Shown: in pieces, positions 39,123-49,062 of the stretch
Position numbering within the stretch: position 1 is the first letter of the stretch
How the letters are laid out: each line of letters opens with the position of its first letter
DNA from: Blastocatellia bacterium
GTDB lineage: Bacteria > Acidobacteriota > Blastocatellia > DASRDY01
Assembly (NCBI GenBank): GCA_035652355.1
Contig: DASRDY010000225.1
Location: 3,942 to 67,941 of the forward strand
Direction of reading: 5' to 3'
DNA length: 64,000 nucleotides
Notes under the pieces: model-generated
What the model saw: the letters and a program-made list of their open reading frames with translations, nothing else
Databases searched by the model: none
Told to the model about the DNA's origin: nothing
Translations under genes and position numbers: made by a program

Positions 39123-39860
39123 TTGATTCTTGTACCAGTGTCAGTTTCCGCTCATAAAAGCATCGTCTATCTGCTGAGCGCGGGTTTAATTATCACTGGT
39201 CTTTGTATTATTGCCGGGATAAAGGCCGGCCTATCGGGGGACATTCTGGCGACGTTCTGGTTTATTTGTGTGCTGCTGTTTCAAATACCCAAACTGGCAG
39301 TTAATCTAAACAGCGGGCCGTTGTGGACTACAACTTTTGAATCACTTGCGATTTGTGGCGGAGCTCTTTTAATAGCTGGAATGTCATCCGAAGCGGAGGC
39401 TACTTTACCTGATCAAAAGAATCTCAGCCGCAAAGCTATTAACCTGGGCCGAATTTTCTATGGTGTGTCGCTGCCGGTCTTTGGAGTCCTTCACTTTGTC
39501 TTCATAGATTATGTCGCGCGCGTACAGCCGTCGTGGATTCCTGGGCACGTTTTCTGGGGATATTTTACGGGTGTGGCGCACATCGCCGGCGGCCTCAGCA
39601 TCGTCACCAAAATAAAAGCGCGCCTTGCCTCTTCATTGGTCGCACTAATGTTTGGATTGTGGGTGGTGCTTCTTCATATACCATTGGTAATGGCAAACAC
39701 ACACAGCGATAACCTGGTATCCAGTTTAGTTATCGCCGCGACAATGTGTGGAGGAGCGCTGCTGGTTTATGGATGCTTGAGGCAGTATTCAGAAGAACAA
39801 GTTGAGCCTCAGTCAAAGGAACGCCAGGCTACCGCGCCTCGGCAATCGGCTTCGACATAA
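39123..39860 (+). CDS. Hypothetical polytopic membrane protein (DoxX-like?)
   Basis: About 6 hydrophobic helices. Non-ATG start in the ORF track. Family uncertain. Confidence 0.35.
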   Translation: MILVPVSVSAHKSIVYLLSAGLIITGLCIIAGIKAGLSGDILATFWFICVLLFQIPKLAVNLNSGPLWTTTFESLAICGGALLIAGMSSEAEATLPDQKNLSRKAINLGRIFYGVSLPVFGVLHFVFIDYVARVQPSWIPGHVFWGYFTGVAHIAGGLSIVTKIKARLASSLVALMFGLWVVLLHIPLVMANTHSDNLVSSLVIAATMCGGALLVYGCLRQYSEEQVEPQSKERQATAPRQSAST

Positions 39861-40302
39861 CAATAAAGTGGCAGGGCATCTTTGTTTTCACGTGCAAGGG
39901 AAACGGCGCGGTGCCTGAATCGATGTAACCGAGTTTGCGATAAAACGGCGGTAGCTCATGTCGAACATTAACCGTTTGAAGTTCGATAGCTTTGCAGCCG
40001 GCGGTTTTGAAATGCTCTTCCGCAAAACTTATTAGCTTTCTGCCTATCCCTGCGCGCTGCGAATTAGGATCGACCGAAAGCAATCCGAAATAGCCAACTT
40101 CGCCGCGCAATTCAAGGTAAATACAGCCGACAGGTTTCTCTTCATTTTCAGCCAGGAAGAATTTTCCTGATTGAAAGCGATCTCGGACCTCTACGGCATC
40201 TATTCGGTTGCCGTATACGAAGAATGCTTCGATAGCGAAAGCAGTGTTGATCAGATTGACGATTGAATCAGTGTCTTTCAGGAGAGCTTCGCGAATTTGA
40301 AT
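39829..40302 (-). CDS. GNAT family N-acetyltransferase
   Basis: Start at the internal Met MIQIREALL. GNAT motif (RAGIGRKLISFAEEHF). The longer ORF upstream would run into the palindromic repeat element. Confidence 0.65.
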   Translation of the reverse strand: MQIREALLKDTDSIVNLINTAFAIEAFFVYGNRIDAVEVRDRFQSGKFFLAENEEKPVGCIYLELRGEVGYFGLLSVDPNSQRAGIGRKLISFAEEHFKTAGCKAIELQTVNVRHELPPFYRKLGYIDSGTAPFPLHVKTKMPCHFIVMSKPIAEAR

Positions 40303-40347
40303 CATATTTAGTAACGCTGTTCGAATGATGCGTGATTGCAGAAAAAA

Positions 40348-40462
40348 TGTAGGGGCAGGGCTCGTCCCTGCCCGGATCGTGCGTAGCACGATGAAATTGT
40401 CTGGTCACGTAACGTTTAATTGCCTTTCGGCAATCCGGGCAGGGACGAGCCCTGCCCCTACA
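40348..40462. repeat. Palindromic (hairpin-flanked) intergenic repeat element, copy A
   Basis: 30-bp terminal inverted repeats tgtaggggcagggctcgtccctgcccggat / atccgggcagggacgagccctgcccctaca around a 55-bp core. Each arm also holds its own mini-hairpin (gcaggg-ctcgt-ccctgc). Confidence 0.7.
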
Positions 40463-40468
40463 GTGTAA

Positions 40469-42616
40469 TTAATATTTTGGTGTAACACCAAGATTGTAGA
40501 ACAGGAACGAATAGATATCCGCCGCCTGCTCTATCTGCTTGGTGGTGTTACTGGCGCCGTGGCCGGAGTTGGTATCAACCCGAAGCAATATCGGCGCGGG
40601 GCCTTTTTGATTCGCCTGCATCGCAGCCGCGTATTTGAAGGAGTGCGCGGGAACGACACGGTCATCATGATCGGCAGTCGTTATCAGCAGAGCCGGGTAA
40701 TTCGCCGGATGAGCATTATGAACCGGCGAATACGCCCGCAAAGCCTCGAACTCCTGCTCGTTGTCGCTTGAACCGTAATCGGCGATCCAGTTCCAGCCAA
40801 TCGTGAATTTATGGAAACGCAGCATGTCCATGACGCCGGCCTGGGCCACGCAGGCTTTGAATAGGTCAGGTCGTTGATTCATTACCGCGCCCATCAGCAA
40901 CCCACCATTCGATCCACCCTGGATTGCCAGTTTGTCTTTTGATGTGTATTTCTGTGCGATCAGATATTCACCCGCAGCGATGAAATCATCAAAGACGTTC
41001 TGCTTGTTCAGTTTCATGCCTGCCTGATGCCATTTTTCGCCATACTCGCCGCCACCACGAATGTTGGCCGAAGCATAGATGAATCCCTGTTCCAGCAGCG
41101 CCAATCGCAGAGAACTGAACGACGGATTGGTCGTAATGTTGAATCCGCCATAGGCATAGAGAAGAGTCGGATTGTTGCCATCGCGCTTAATCCCTTTCTT
41201 GTGGACAAGGAACATCGGAACGCGCGTTCCGTCTTTGCTGTTATAAAAGACCTGTTCCGTTTCAAAGTCAGATGATTTGAATCCGGGAATTTCAGGCGAG
41301 CGAAATACTGCGCTCTTCTTCGTCGCTATATCGTAACGGAAAATAGTCGGTGGATAGTTGAACGAATTGAAGGTGTAGAAGACTGATTTGTCGTCCTTCA
41401 AACCTCCAAACCCACCAGCCGTTCCAAGGTCGGGAAAAGCGATTTCGTTTTCCAGCTTGCCGTCCAGGTTGTAAACGTACGCTCGCGTTGTCACATCTTT
41501 AAGATACGTTGCGAAGAGCTTACCCCCGGCACTGCTGACGCTTTCAAGAGGCTCTGGTTTTTCAGGCAATACTTCTTTCCAGTTACTTTCGGCGGGATTC
41601 TTTGGATCGATCAAGACAACTTTGCCGTTTGGCGCGTTCTGGGTGGTGTGAACAAGGAGCTTGTCGCCGACATTATCGACAACGTTAAACTGACTGTTGC
41701 CGATTTCCGGGACCAGCGGTGTGAAAGTTTTGTCGCCTTTGCTCAGATCCCGGACAAACAGCGCATTGCCATCGTTGCCCTTGCCGCGTTCGGACACGGA
41801 CAGAATCGCGAACCGCTCGTCTTCAGTTGTGCCGACAGTGTTGAAGCGCTGCGGGTTCGCCGGATCTTCATAGACAAGCGTGTCATCTTCCTGTTTTGTG
41901 CCAAGTTTGTGGTAATAGACTTTATGGTTTTCGTTCTTCGACGACAGCTCCTTGCCTTTTTCCGGAGTAGGATAGCGACTGTAATAGAAACCGTTTCCTT
42001 GCCAGGAAAGTCCCGTCACCTTCAACCAGTTGAGGGTATCCGGCAATTTGTTTTTCGTAGCGACATCCATGACATACGCGTCTTCCCAGTCAGATCCGCC
42101 GATCGAAACAGCGTATGCGGCATACTTGCCGTCTCTTGAAAGAGAGAAGCCGACCAGTCGCGATGTGCCGTCGGCAGAGAGCTTGTTTGGATCGAGGAAA
42201 ACTTCGGGTTTGCCTTCCAGTCCTTTTTGAATATAGAGGACGCTCTGGTTTTGCAATCCGTCATTCTTTGAAAAGAAGTAGTTGTCGCCTCGCCGGAACG
42301 GAGCGCTGAATTTTGGATAATTAGCAAGTTTCGTCAATCGATCCTTAACCTGAGCTCGATATGGAATTTTGCCAAGGTAATCGAACGTAACTTTGTTCTG
42401 CTCTTTAACCCATTCCATTACTTCCGGCGAATTATCATCTTCAAGCCAGCGATATGGATCGGGAACCTTGGTTCCGAAATAATCGTCCACGTGATCATCC
42501 TTTTTGGTGTCGGGATATTTCAATTGCTGAGCGCCCACGGGCAGACATAATGAGATTAGCATGCTAGCGGCTACCCCCAGCGCAGCCAGCGCAGAGGCGG
42601 TTTTTTTCATATTCAT
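40469..42616 (-). CDS. Prolyl oligopeptidase (S9A family)
   Basis: Signal peptide, a 7-bladed propeller region, and the catalytic Ser motif GGSNGGLLMG. 715 aa, typical for PEP. Confidence 0.85.
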   Translation of the reverse strand: MNMKKTASALAALGVAASMLISLCLPVGAQQLKYPDTKKDDHVDDYFGTKVPDPYRWLEDDNSPEVMEWVKEQNKVTFDYLGKIPYRAQVKDRLTKLANYPKFSAPFRRGDNYFFSKNDGLQNQSVLYIQKGLEGKPEVFLDPNKLSADGTSRLVGFSLSRDGKYAAYAVSIGGSDWEDAYVMDVATKNKLPDTLNWLKVTGLSWQGNGFYYSRYPTPEKGKELSSKNENHKVYYHKLGTKQEDDTLVYEDPANPQRFNTVGTTEDERFAILSVSERGKGNDGNALFVRDLSKGDKTFTPLVPEIGNSQFNVVDNVGDKLLVHTTQNAPNGKVVLIDPKNPAESNWKEVLPEKPEPLESVSSAGGKLFATYLKDVTTRAYVYNLDGKLENEIAFPDLGTAGGFGGLKDDKSVFYTFNSFNYPPTIFRYDIATKKSAVFRSPEIPGFKSSDFETEQVFYNSKDGTRVPMFLVHKKGIKRDGNNPTLLYAYGGFNITTNPSFSSLRLALLEQGFIYASANIRGGGEYGEKWHQAGMKLNKQNVFDDFIAAGEYLIAQKYTSKDKLAIQGGSNGGLLMGAVMNQRPDLFKACVAQAGVMDMLRFHKFTIGWNWIADYGSSDNEQEFEALRAYSPVHNAHPANYPALLITTADHDDRVVPAHSFKYAAAMQANQKGPAPILLRVDTNSGHGASNTTKQIEQAADIYSFLFYNLGVTPKY

Positions 42617-42944
42617 AATTCTCCAGAGACATAACGATTAAAAACTGCGGCGTATTGTAATGTACCATTTGGAAGATTAGGTCACGAGCACTAAATTATA
42701 CGCGCAAAAACCCAACCAGTTCCAGCGACTGCTTTATTTAGATGCGGTGTCATGTATGGAAATCTGTGCGCATAGCACTGGAATCTGCTAACGGATATCG
42801 AATTTCGCAACAGATTCCGGGTTATCGGTGCACAAACGCCCGCCCGACTGGAAATCCATCGCACAGAGAGAAAGGAATACTGTTTGCCTCAATTAAACCG
42901 GTTCAAATTATACGATTTGAAGATTAAACACTCCGGAGGAAGAC

Positions 42945-43286
42945 ATGGGGACCGCAAATACAATAAACCAACATACGAGCAACCCGCCGAACGTGGCAAA
43001 CAAGGCTAATGAGAACACAATTACGCCAACGAACGGCAAAAGCACAGATGGACATGGACTGACCGGTACGATCGGAAACGCTCTCAATCAAACTAAACAT
43101 CTTGTGGCTGATGGCTACACCAAGACGACCGAATTTCTGGGAAATACGGCCGAAGGCGCAATCAACCTCGGCAAGAAGAATCCCGGAAAAACCGCGCTGA
43201 TCACATTCGGGCTGGGAATTGGCGCGGGAATGTTATTGATGAAAGCTCTGACGCCGAAACCGAGGTCGCGTTTCTGGTTATGGTAA
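42945..43286 (+). CDS. Small membrane-anchored protein, DUF883 (ElaB/YqjD)-like
   Basis: Polar N-terminal region and a C-terminal NPGKTALITFGLGIGAGMLLM anchor resembling ElaB-family tails. Tentative. Confidence 0.4.
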   Translation: MGTANTINQHTSNPPNVANKANENTITPTNGKSTDGHGLTGTIGNALNQTKHLVADGYTKTTEFLGNTAEGAINLGKKNPGKTALITFGLGIGAGMLLMKALTPKPRSRFWLW

Positions 43287-43337
43287 GTTGCGAGAGTTAA
43301 TGGGAGTTCCGCCGTCCGGGCGGAACTCCGTATTTGA

Positions 43338-45293
43338 TCAGATCTTTAATCGGCTTATCATCTTTGACTGCCATTTCGTGGATGGCATCTCGTGCGCTGT
43401 GAACTGCTCGATCGATTCTCTTATTCCTTCGCCTCCCGCCTGACGTGTTTTCAGATAAAGGAGCGAAATCATTGTCGCCGTCAAAGGTGTAATCAGAATA
43501 ATCAAAAGCTGTGACAGGTTGCCGTGCTGCACGAGATTGAAGTCGAAGCTGTTAGAGCTCGCATGGTATTTGAGATCAATTGAAGCGCGATTAACCAGCA
43601 TCGGCAGCGACATCTGAATAAATGTGATAATCAATACCGTCGTCCACGATCGTTTCATCAGACGGTATGCGCGTTTCAGCGTATTCCGGACATTGAGCCC
43701 TTCCATCATAATTACCGGGGCGTACAGCGCAAACGACATGTGGACCAATATTCCTGGAATAAACAACAGAAGAAATCCAATAATCGAGCAGATTACCACA
43801 ATCGCGGAAGTAAGAATGAAGACTCGCCATCTGCGCAGCAAAGCAGCAGCCACCGGGCGAATACTAATCGGACGCAGCGGCGCAACTATCGACTGAAGCA
43901 CAATTGGGACGGTCATTGCGTTAATAACTACGGCAGCGCCGAGCTGCGATAGCATCGTAGATAAAATCAGAAATATCGCGACCAATACCGGCAATGCCGA
44001 GCCGTGTTGCCCCAGCCATTCCCAGGGAATGATTTGTTTGTCGAATTTATTTAGAAGCACCAGCAGGATCAAAGGCACGTAAACAATCAGAGATATCTTG
44101 ATGAAAATAGGAAATCGTTCGGCATACAGAGAAATCGCCTGGCGGAGCAGCGTGCTGGTCTTTTCCGAACCCGCTTTTAACGCCGAGGCAAATCCGTTTG
44201 CGGTCTGTGGACGATCGGCTGGCTTCTTTGCCAAAGCCGACATTATAACGCGCGCCATCCTTTTCGGAACCTTTTTGTTTTTTTGTCGAATCGGAACTGG
44301 GTCGACGGAAGTATGCTGTTTTATAAGATCGATCACTTTGCCGGTGAACGGTGTTTCTCCGGCCAGCATTCGATATGCGATGACGCCAAGGCTATAGATA
44401 TCGGACCGACTATCGACAACGTCACCACGACATTGCTCAGGCGACATATAGAGCGGAGTTCCCATAACGGAGCCGACTTGTGTTAACGCCGCAACCGCGC
44501 CGCCCGTGACGTTGTTATTTGAGGACTTGTCATTAGAATTGGTAACCTGACGTTGAATTACGGCTGTTTCCATCTCACTTGCATCAGCAGAGATCGGCGG
44601 TGCGGTATTTCCATTCGATGATTCGGTGTCGGCAGGTTTTATCAACGTCGCAGCTTCGTTGTCGACCGCAACCGGCCGAGACGATGGTTGAATAAGAGTA
44701 GCCGCTTCTGCAACAGCGCCGCTTAAGACAAGAGGGGCAGGTTGATCGGCGGAGACGGCTTCATCGGTTTTTCCGCCGCCAAGTTTCACCAGACCAAAGT
44801 CCAGTACCTTGACCGTATATCCGCCTCTGCGGTTTGGCTCCAGCCATATGTTATCCGGTTTCAAGTCGCGGTGAACAATGCCTAATTTGTGCGCGGCATC
44901 GACAGCCGAACAGACCTGCTCAAGTATGTCCACGACCCAGTCGATACGCAGGCTCTTTTCTTCTGCCAGGATCTCTTCAAGGGTGCAACCATCCAGATAT
45001 TCCATCACAAGGTAGGCAACGCGACCGATGTCCGACTGAGCAAAACCAAAATCAGTTACGTCGACAACGTTGGGATGGCGGAGCCTTCCGGTTGCTTCGG
45101 CTTCGCGGCGGAACCGCGCAACAAACTCTTCGTCGTTTGAGTACTGCGGATGAATGACCTTGACGGCGACCATTCGTTTTGTCCCCAGGTGAATCGCCTG
45201 GTACACCGCGCCCATTCCGCCCTGTCCGAGCAATCTCTCTATCTGGTATTTGTTGTCGAGCAGCTCTCCGGTCTGAAATTCCTGTCCTGGCAA
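43338..45293 (-). CDS. Hanks-type Ser/Thr protein kinase with polytopic C-terminal membrane domain
   Basis: Kinase subdomains GQGGMGAVY, AVK, HRDLKPDNIWL and DFGL. A long hydrophobic C-terminal half. Confidence 0.85.
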   Translation of the reverse strand: MPGQEFQTGELLDNKYQIERLLGQGGMGAVYQAIHLGTKRMVAVKVIHPQYSNDEEFVARFRREAEATGRLRHPNVVDVTDFGFAQSDIGRVAYLVMEYLDGCTLEEILAEEKSLRIDWVVDILEQVCSAVDAAHKLGIVHRDLKPDNIWLEPNRRGGYTVKVLDFGLVKLGGGKTDEAVSADQPAPLVLSGAVAEAATLIQPSSRPVAVDNEAATLIKPADTESSNGNTAPPISADASEMETAVIQRQVTNSNDKSSNNNVTGGAVAALTQVGSVMGTPLYMSPEQCRGDVVDSRSDIYSLGVIAYRMLAGETPFTGKVIDLIKQHTSVDPVPIRQKNKKVPKRMARVIMSALAKKPADRPQTANGFASALKAGSEKTSTLLRQAISLYAERFPIFIKISLIVYVPLILLVLLNKFDKQIIPWEWLGQHGSALPVLVAIFLILSTMLSQLGAAVVINAMTVPIVLQSIVAPLRPISIRPVAAALLRRWRVFILTSAIVVICSIIGFLLLFIPGILVHMSFALYAPVIMMEGLNVRNTLKRAYRLMKRSWTTVLIITFIQMSLPMLVNRASIDLKYHASSNSFDFNLVQHGNLSQLLIILITPLTATMISLLYLKTRQAGGEGIRESIEQFTAHEMPSTKWQSKMISRLKI

Positions 45294-45570
45294 TCATCCT
45301 CCTAACTTACCGGGCTTGTGCGTAAAATAGGCCATTCGTGAATGAAGAAGCTTATTCTACCACTATGAACGGACCTCAATCCATTTATATGACATTCAGT
45401 CCGATCTTGGGATTCTTCAGTCCCACGAGCGGAAACAAATTGCCCTTGTTTTCTTATCGATTCCGTAGCTAAATCTCTGTAAAAGCAAATCTTATCTGGT
45501 CAGATGCCGTGGCACGAAGTTTGGCTACACAATTATGAAATTCGTTATGTAGAATACGTCGATCTTATCT

Positions 45571-48024
45571 ATGGCCGGTTCATCGGGGGGACGAATTTTG
45601 GACACATTATGGCAGGACTTGAGATTCGGCGCTCGGACTCTGCTAAAAAATCCGGGTTTTACCGCGATCGCCGTGCTGACTCTTGCGCTGGGTATTGGCG
45701 CGAACGCATCGATCTTCAGCGTCGTTAATGGGATTCTTCTACGACGACTCCCGTACAAAGACCCGGATCGCCTGGTGACATTTCACACCGACTTTCGAGG
45801 AGTCAAAGGACAACCAGGCGTCAGTGGCGGCGAAGTTCAGGATTTTCGTGAACAGTGCCATCAACTCGAAGATATTGGGTTAATCATTGTCGTCAGCGGA
45901 AGCCTCACCGGCGAGAAAATGGAGAAACTTCAGGCCGCAACGATCAGCGAGAATCTATTGCCGCTGCTTGGCGTTTCACCGATGATCGGCAGAAATATCA
46001 ATGCTAAGGATGACAACGTAAAGGAGCATGTCAGCGGCGTTCTGATTAGCTACGACCTCTGGAAAAGAGATTTCAATTCGGACAAGACGATTGTCGGGCA
46101 GTCCATCGAAGTCAACAATTTCAATGCGACTGTTGTCGGGGTTATGCCGCGTGATTTTCGTCTCTACTTTGGCGCCGGAGCCAACGTGCCCCCTAACATT
46201 GACCTCTATTTTCCGGGTAATTTGAACCCCGAGTCATTAGGAACCGGTCGAACCAGTCACCAATTGACGATAGTGGCGCGGCTAAAACCCGGCGTAACAC
46301 TGGAACAAGCGCAACAAGAGGTTGACGAAATCGCGGGCCGAATGATCACGCAGTTTCCCCAAGTATACGAGCGAGCGAATTTGAAATTCCATTTGATTCC
46401 GCTGCACGCAGATGTAGTCCAGGAAGTTAGACCGGCAATCCTGGCTCTGCTTGGCGCAGTCGGCTTTGTTCTACTGATTGCCTGCAGCAATGTTGCCAAT
46501 ATGCTGCTGGCGCGCGGAAAAGCGAGAGAGAAAGAACTGGTGATCCGTGCTGCTCTTGGCGCGGGCAGAACGCGGATCGTCAGACAGCTTTTGACTGAGA
46601 GCCTTCTCCTTGGACTGCTCGGCGGTGCTGGCGGATTGCTGCTGGCATCGTGGGGAATCAGCTTTTTGCTTTACCTGCGGCCGCCGAATCTTCCGCGTCA
46701 GGAAGACATAACGATCAATAGCACGGTTCTTGTCTACGCACTCGCGGTGTCATTAGCGTCAGGGTTGATTTTCGGACTGGTACCAGCCTGGAAGGCAACA
46801 AGGTTCAATATTAACGAGACTCTCAAAGAGGGTGTCCGCTCAATCGGATCCTCGAGTGGGGAACGACTTCGTGGGGCCCTGGTCGTTGCTCAAGTTGCGC
46901 TGTCGCTGATTCTTTTTGTAGGTGCCGGGTTGATGATCCGGACGTTTGCGAAGCTCAACGAGGTTAATTTCGGTTTCAATCCAACCAACGTCCTGACCTT
47001 CTACGCTCCGTTGAATCCCTGGAAGTTCAACAAAGCGGAGGAACGATATGCGATATATAAAGAGGTGATAGACAAGGTGAAAGCGTTACCCGGTATTGAA
47101 TCCGTAGGCGCAATCAGTCCACTGCAGATCAACGGGCCGCAGTTTTTCAGCTCGTATTCTTTAACCGCCGGGACGAACGATATTCGCTCTGTGCCTTACT
47201 ACGTAGTTATGCCGGGTTATTTCGAATCTATGCAGATCAAATTGCTGCGCGGCCGGTATTTCACCGAAGAGGACAGCCGGCAGGAACGAAGCATCGTAAT
47301 CGTTGACAGTAATTTTGCAGCGAAAAACTGGCCAGGGGAGAATCCGGTCGGTAAGAAATTATTGTTGAATGCTAATAGTAAAACGCCTAATGCGGCCGAA
47401 GTCGTTGGCGTTGTCGAACATGTGAAGATCGACGGTCCGCGTAAAGAAAGCAAGGAGCAGATTTACCGGCCGTATTTCAATGAACCTGATTTCGAAATGT
47501 ATTTCACCGTTCGCGGCAAGAATAACCCGTCAAACCTGGCCGGGATTATTAAAAAAGAGGTCGAGGGGTTGGGTGGCGGCCGTCCGGTCAGCACGTTCAG
47601 AATGATGGACGAATACGTTGCGGATTTAACTGCAGATACCCGTTTCGCCACGCTGTTGTTATCGATTTTGACGATCGTGGCATTGACTTTGTGCTCTGTC
47701 GGCCTGTTTGGCGTCATTTCGTATTCGGTGACTCAACGACGAGCGGAGATCGGCATCCGCATGGCGTTGGGCGCTCGGCAGAAGGACATATTGAGGATGG
47801 TCATTCAGCAGGGTCTTCTGCTGACAGGCTTAGGTCTGGTAATTGGATTGATTGGATCGGCGATACTGACCAGATGGATGGATAGCTTGCTCTTTGGCGT
47901 TAAGCCCACCGATCTTGCGACGTTTGCAGGAGTATCACTGTTGCTGGCCACAGTCGAGCTGGTCGCATGTTATATCCCCGCGCGTTCCGCAGCTAACGTG
48001 AATCCAATGGAGTCTCTGAGGTGA
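45571..48024 (+). CDS. ADOP-type permease (duplicated FtsX / MacB-like, no cognate ATPase adjacent)
   Basis: 817 aa. N-terminal TM ([23 protein letters not shown]), two periplasmic MacB-like domains and two FtsX modules ([16 protein letters not shown]; [15 protein letters not shown]). Confidence 0.8.
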   Translation: MAGSSGGRILDTLWQDLRFGARTLLKNPGFTAIAVLTLALGIGANASIFSVVNGILLRRLPYKDPDRLVTFHTDFRGVKGQPGVSGGEVQDFREQCHQLEDIGLIIVVSGSLTGEKMEKLQAATISENLLPLLGVSPMIGRNINAKDDNVKEHVSGVLISYDLWKRDFNSDKTIVGQSIEVNNFNATVVGVMPRDFRLYFGAGANVPPNIDLYFPGNLNPESLGTGRTSHQLTIVARLKPGVTLEQAQQEVDEIAGRMITQFPQVYERANLKFHLIPLHADVVQEVRPAILALLGAVGFVLLIACSNVANMLLARGKAREKELVIRAALGAGRTRIVRQLLTESLLLGLLGGAGGLLLASWGISFLLYLRPPNLPRQEDITINSTVLVYALAVSLASGLIFGLVPAWKATRFNINETLKEGVRSIGSSSGERLRGALVVAQVALSLILFVGAGLMIRTFAKLNEVNFGFNPTNVLTFYAPLNPWKFNKAEERYAIYKEVIDKVKALPGIESVGAISPLQINGPQFFSSYSLTAGTNDIRSVPYYVVMPGYFESMQIKLLRGRYFTEEDSRQERSIVIVDSNFAAKNWPGENPVGKKLLLNANSKTPNAAEVVGVVEHVKIDGPRKESKEQIYRPYFNEPDFEMYFTVRGKNNPSNLAGIIKKEVEGLGGGRPVSTFRMMDEYVADLTADTRFATLLLSILTIVALTLCSVGLFGVISYSVTQRRAEIGIRMALGARQKDILRMVIQQGLLLTGLGLVIGLIGSAILTRWMDSLLFGVKPTDLATFAGVSLLLATVELVACYIPARSAANVNPMESLR

Positions 48025-48355
48025 AAACCTGGGCCAGACCGCGCTTGACATTCTCTGATTCTAGAGCATTTTCATTTTAGTCGTATACAGCGTCAGTCAT
48101 CGGCTCGCCGTGCTCACGTACCAAAGCGTACGCTCCGCGCGTCTCGCCTCGACATCCTTGTCTACGACTAAAAGCAAACCGCTCTAACCAAACGTGCGCT
48201 CTTCTATATTGCTCAGTCGAAACGATTTCTTCATTTCTCCCACACTTTGGCGTCTTTTATACAGATTAAACACTTTTTTCCACTCGATGTTGCTGCCGAA
48301 AAGTCCCAAAACCGTTGTATTATCGAACACCCCGACAGTTCGAGGAAGTCGTTCG

Positions 48356-48634
48356 ATGAAGATATTTGTGTCGAATCTTTCTAGCAAGGTGACCTGTGAT
48401 CATCTAAAGGCGTTCCTGTCCAAATATGGGATGGTGCTGGTGATTGAATTGAGTCAAAAAGAAGTGGCTGGTCAGCTGATTGGTTCGGCAATTGTCGAAA
48501 TGCCCGACGCACACGCATTGACGGCGATAGCCAAATTGAGCGGAAAAGCGCTCTGCCATCGGCGGGTATATCTAGCCAAGATCGAAACCGACATGGAGAA
48601 GCGAGCCGGACGTGCTCGCGGCGCGCACGCCTGA
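48356..48634 (+). CDS. RRM-type RNA-binding protein
   Basis: RNP2-like IFVSNL and a degenerate RNP1 (GSAIVEM). About 92 aa from the internal Met. Long upstream leader. Confidence 0.55.
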   Translation: MKIFVSNLSSKVTCDHLKAFLSKYGMVLVIELSQKEVAGQLIGSAIVEMPDAHALTAIAKLSGKALCHRRVYLAKIETDMEKRAGRARGAHA

Positions 48635-48675
48635 CAATCCTCATTATTTAATTTTACACGCTAATCAAATTTTCC

Positions 48676-48710
48676 TTGACACCCTATGTAGATATCTTTA
48701 TATGTAGATC
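48676..48710 (+). promoter_or_regulatory. Candidate promoter/operator upstream of PadR (48723)
   Basis: TTGACA-17-TATATG, with two ATGTAGAT boxes (48686-48693, 48702-48709) flanking the -10. Confidence 0.35.
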
Positions 48711-48722
48711 AGAGATAAAAAC

Positions 48723-49052
48723 ATGGGCAATAAATCATATCTGTCAACTTCAGCGGCGATCATTCTTCAGGCGGTCGATAACGGTTACAAGTATGGCTTT
48801 GACATCATGGATATGACCGGATTGCCGAGCGGAACGGTCTATCCGGCGCTCCGTAAATTGGAACAGTCAAAGTTTCTGACTTCCAAATGGGAGAAGCAAT
48901 CCGTTGCCAATAAGGATCAACGGCCGCTTCGCAAATATTACGAAATCACAGTGACCGGTCGCGAAGCCCTGGCAGAAGCAGTGAAAAGGTACCGGTTCCT
49001 CAGTGGCTCGATTCCGGAAACATCAGCCAAGCCGAGGCCATCTCGCGGTTGA
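48723..49052 (+). CDS. PadR family transcriptional regulator
   Basis: [44 protein letters not shown], the canonical PadR winged HTH. Confidence 0.8.
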   Translation: MGNKSYLSTSAAIILQAVDNGYKYGFDIMDMTGLPSGTVYPALRKLEQSKFLTSKWEKQSVANKDQRPLRKYYEITVTGREALAEAVKRYRFLSGSIPETSAKPRPSRG

Positions 49053-49062
49053 ATGGAACACT

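Noticed and set aside
42742-42927. 61-aa ORF upstream of the DUF883-like gene
   Set aside because: No conservation signal, and it lies in a probable promoter region. Not supported.
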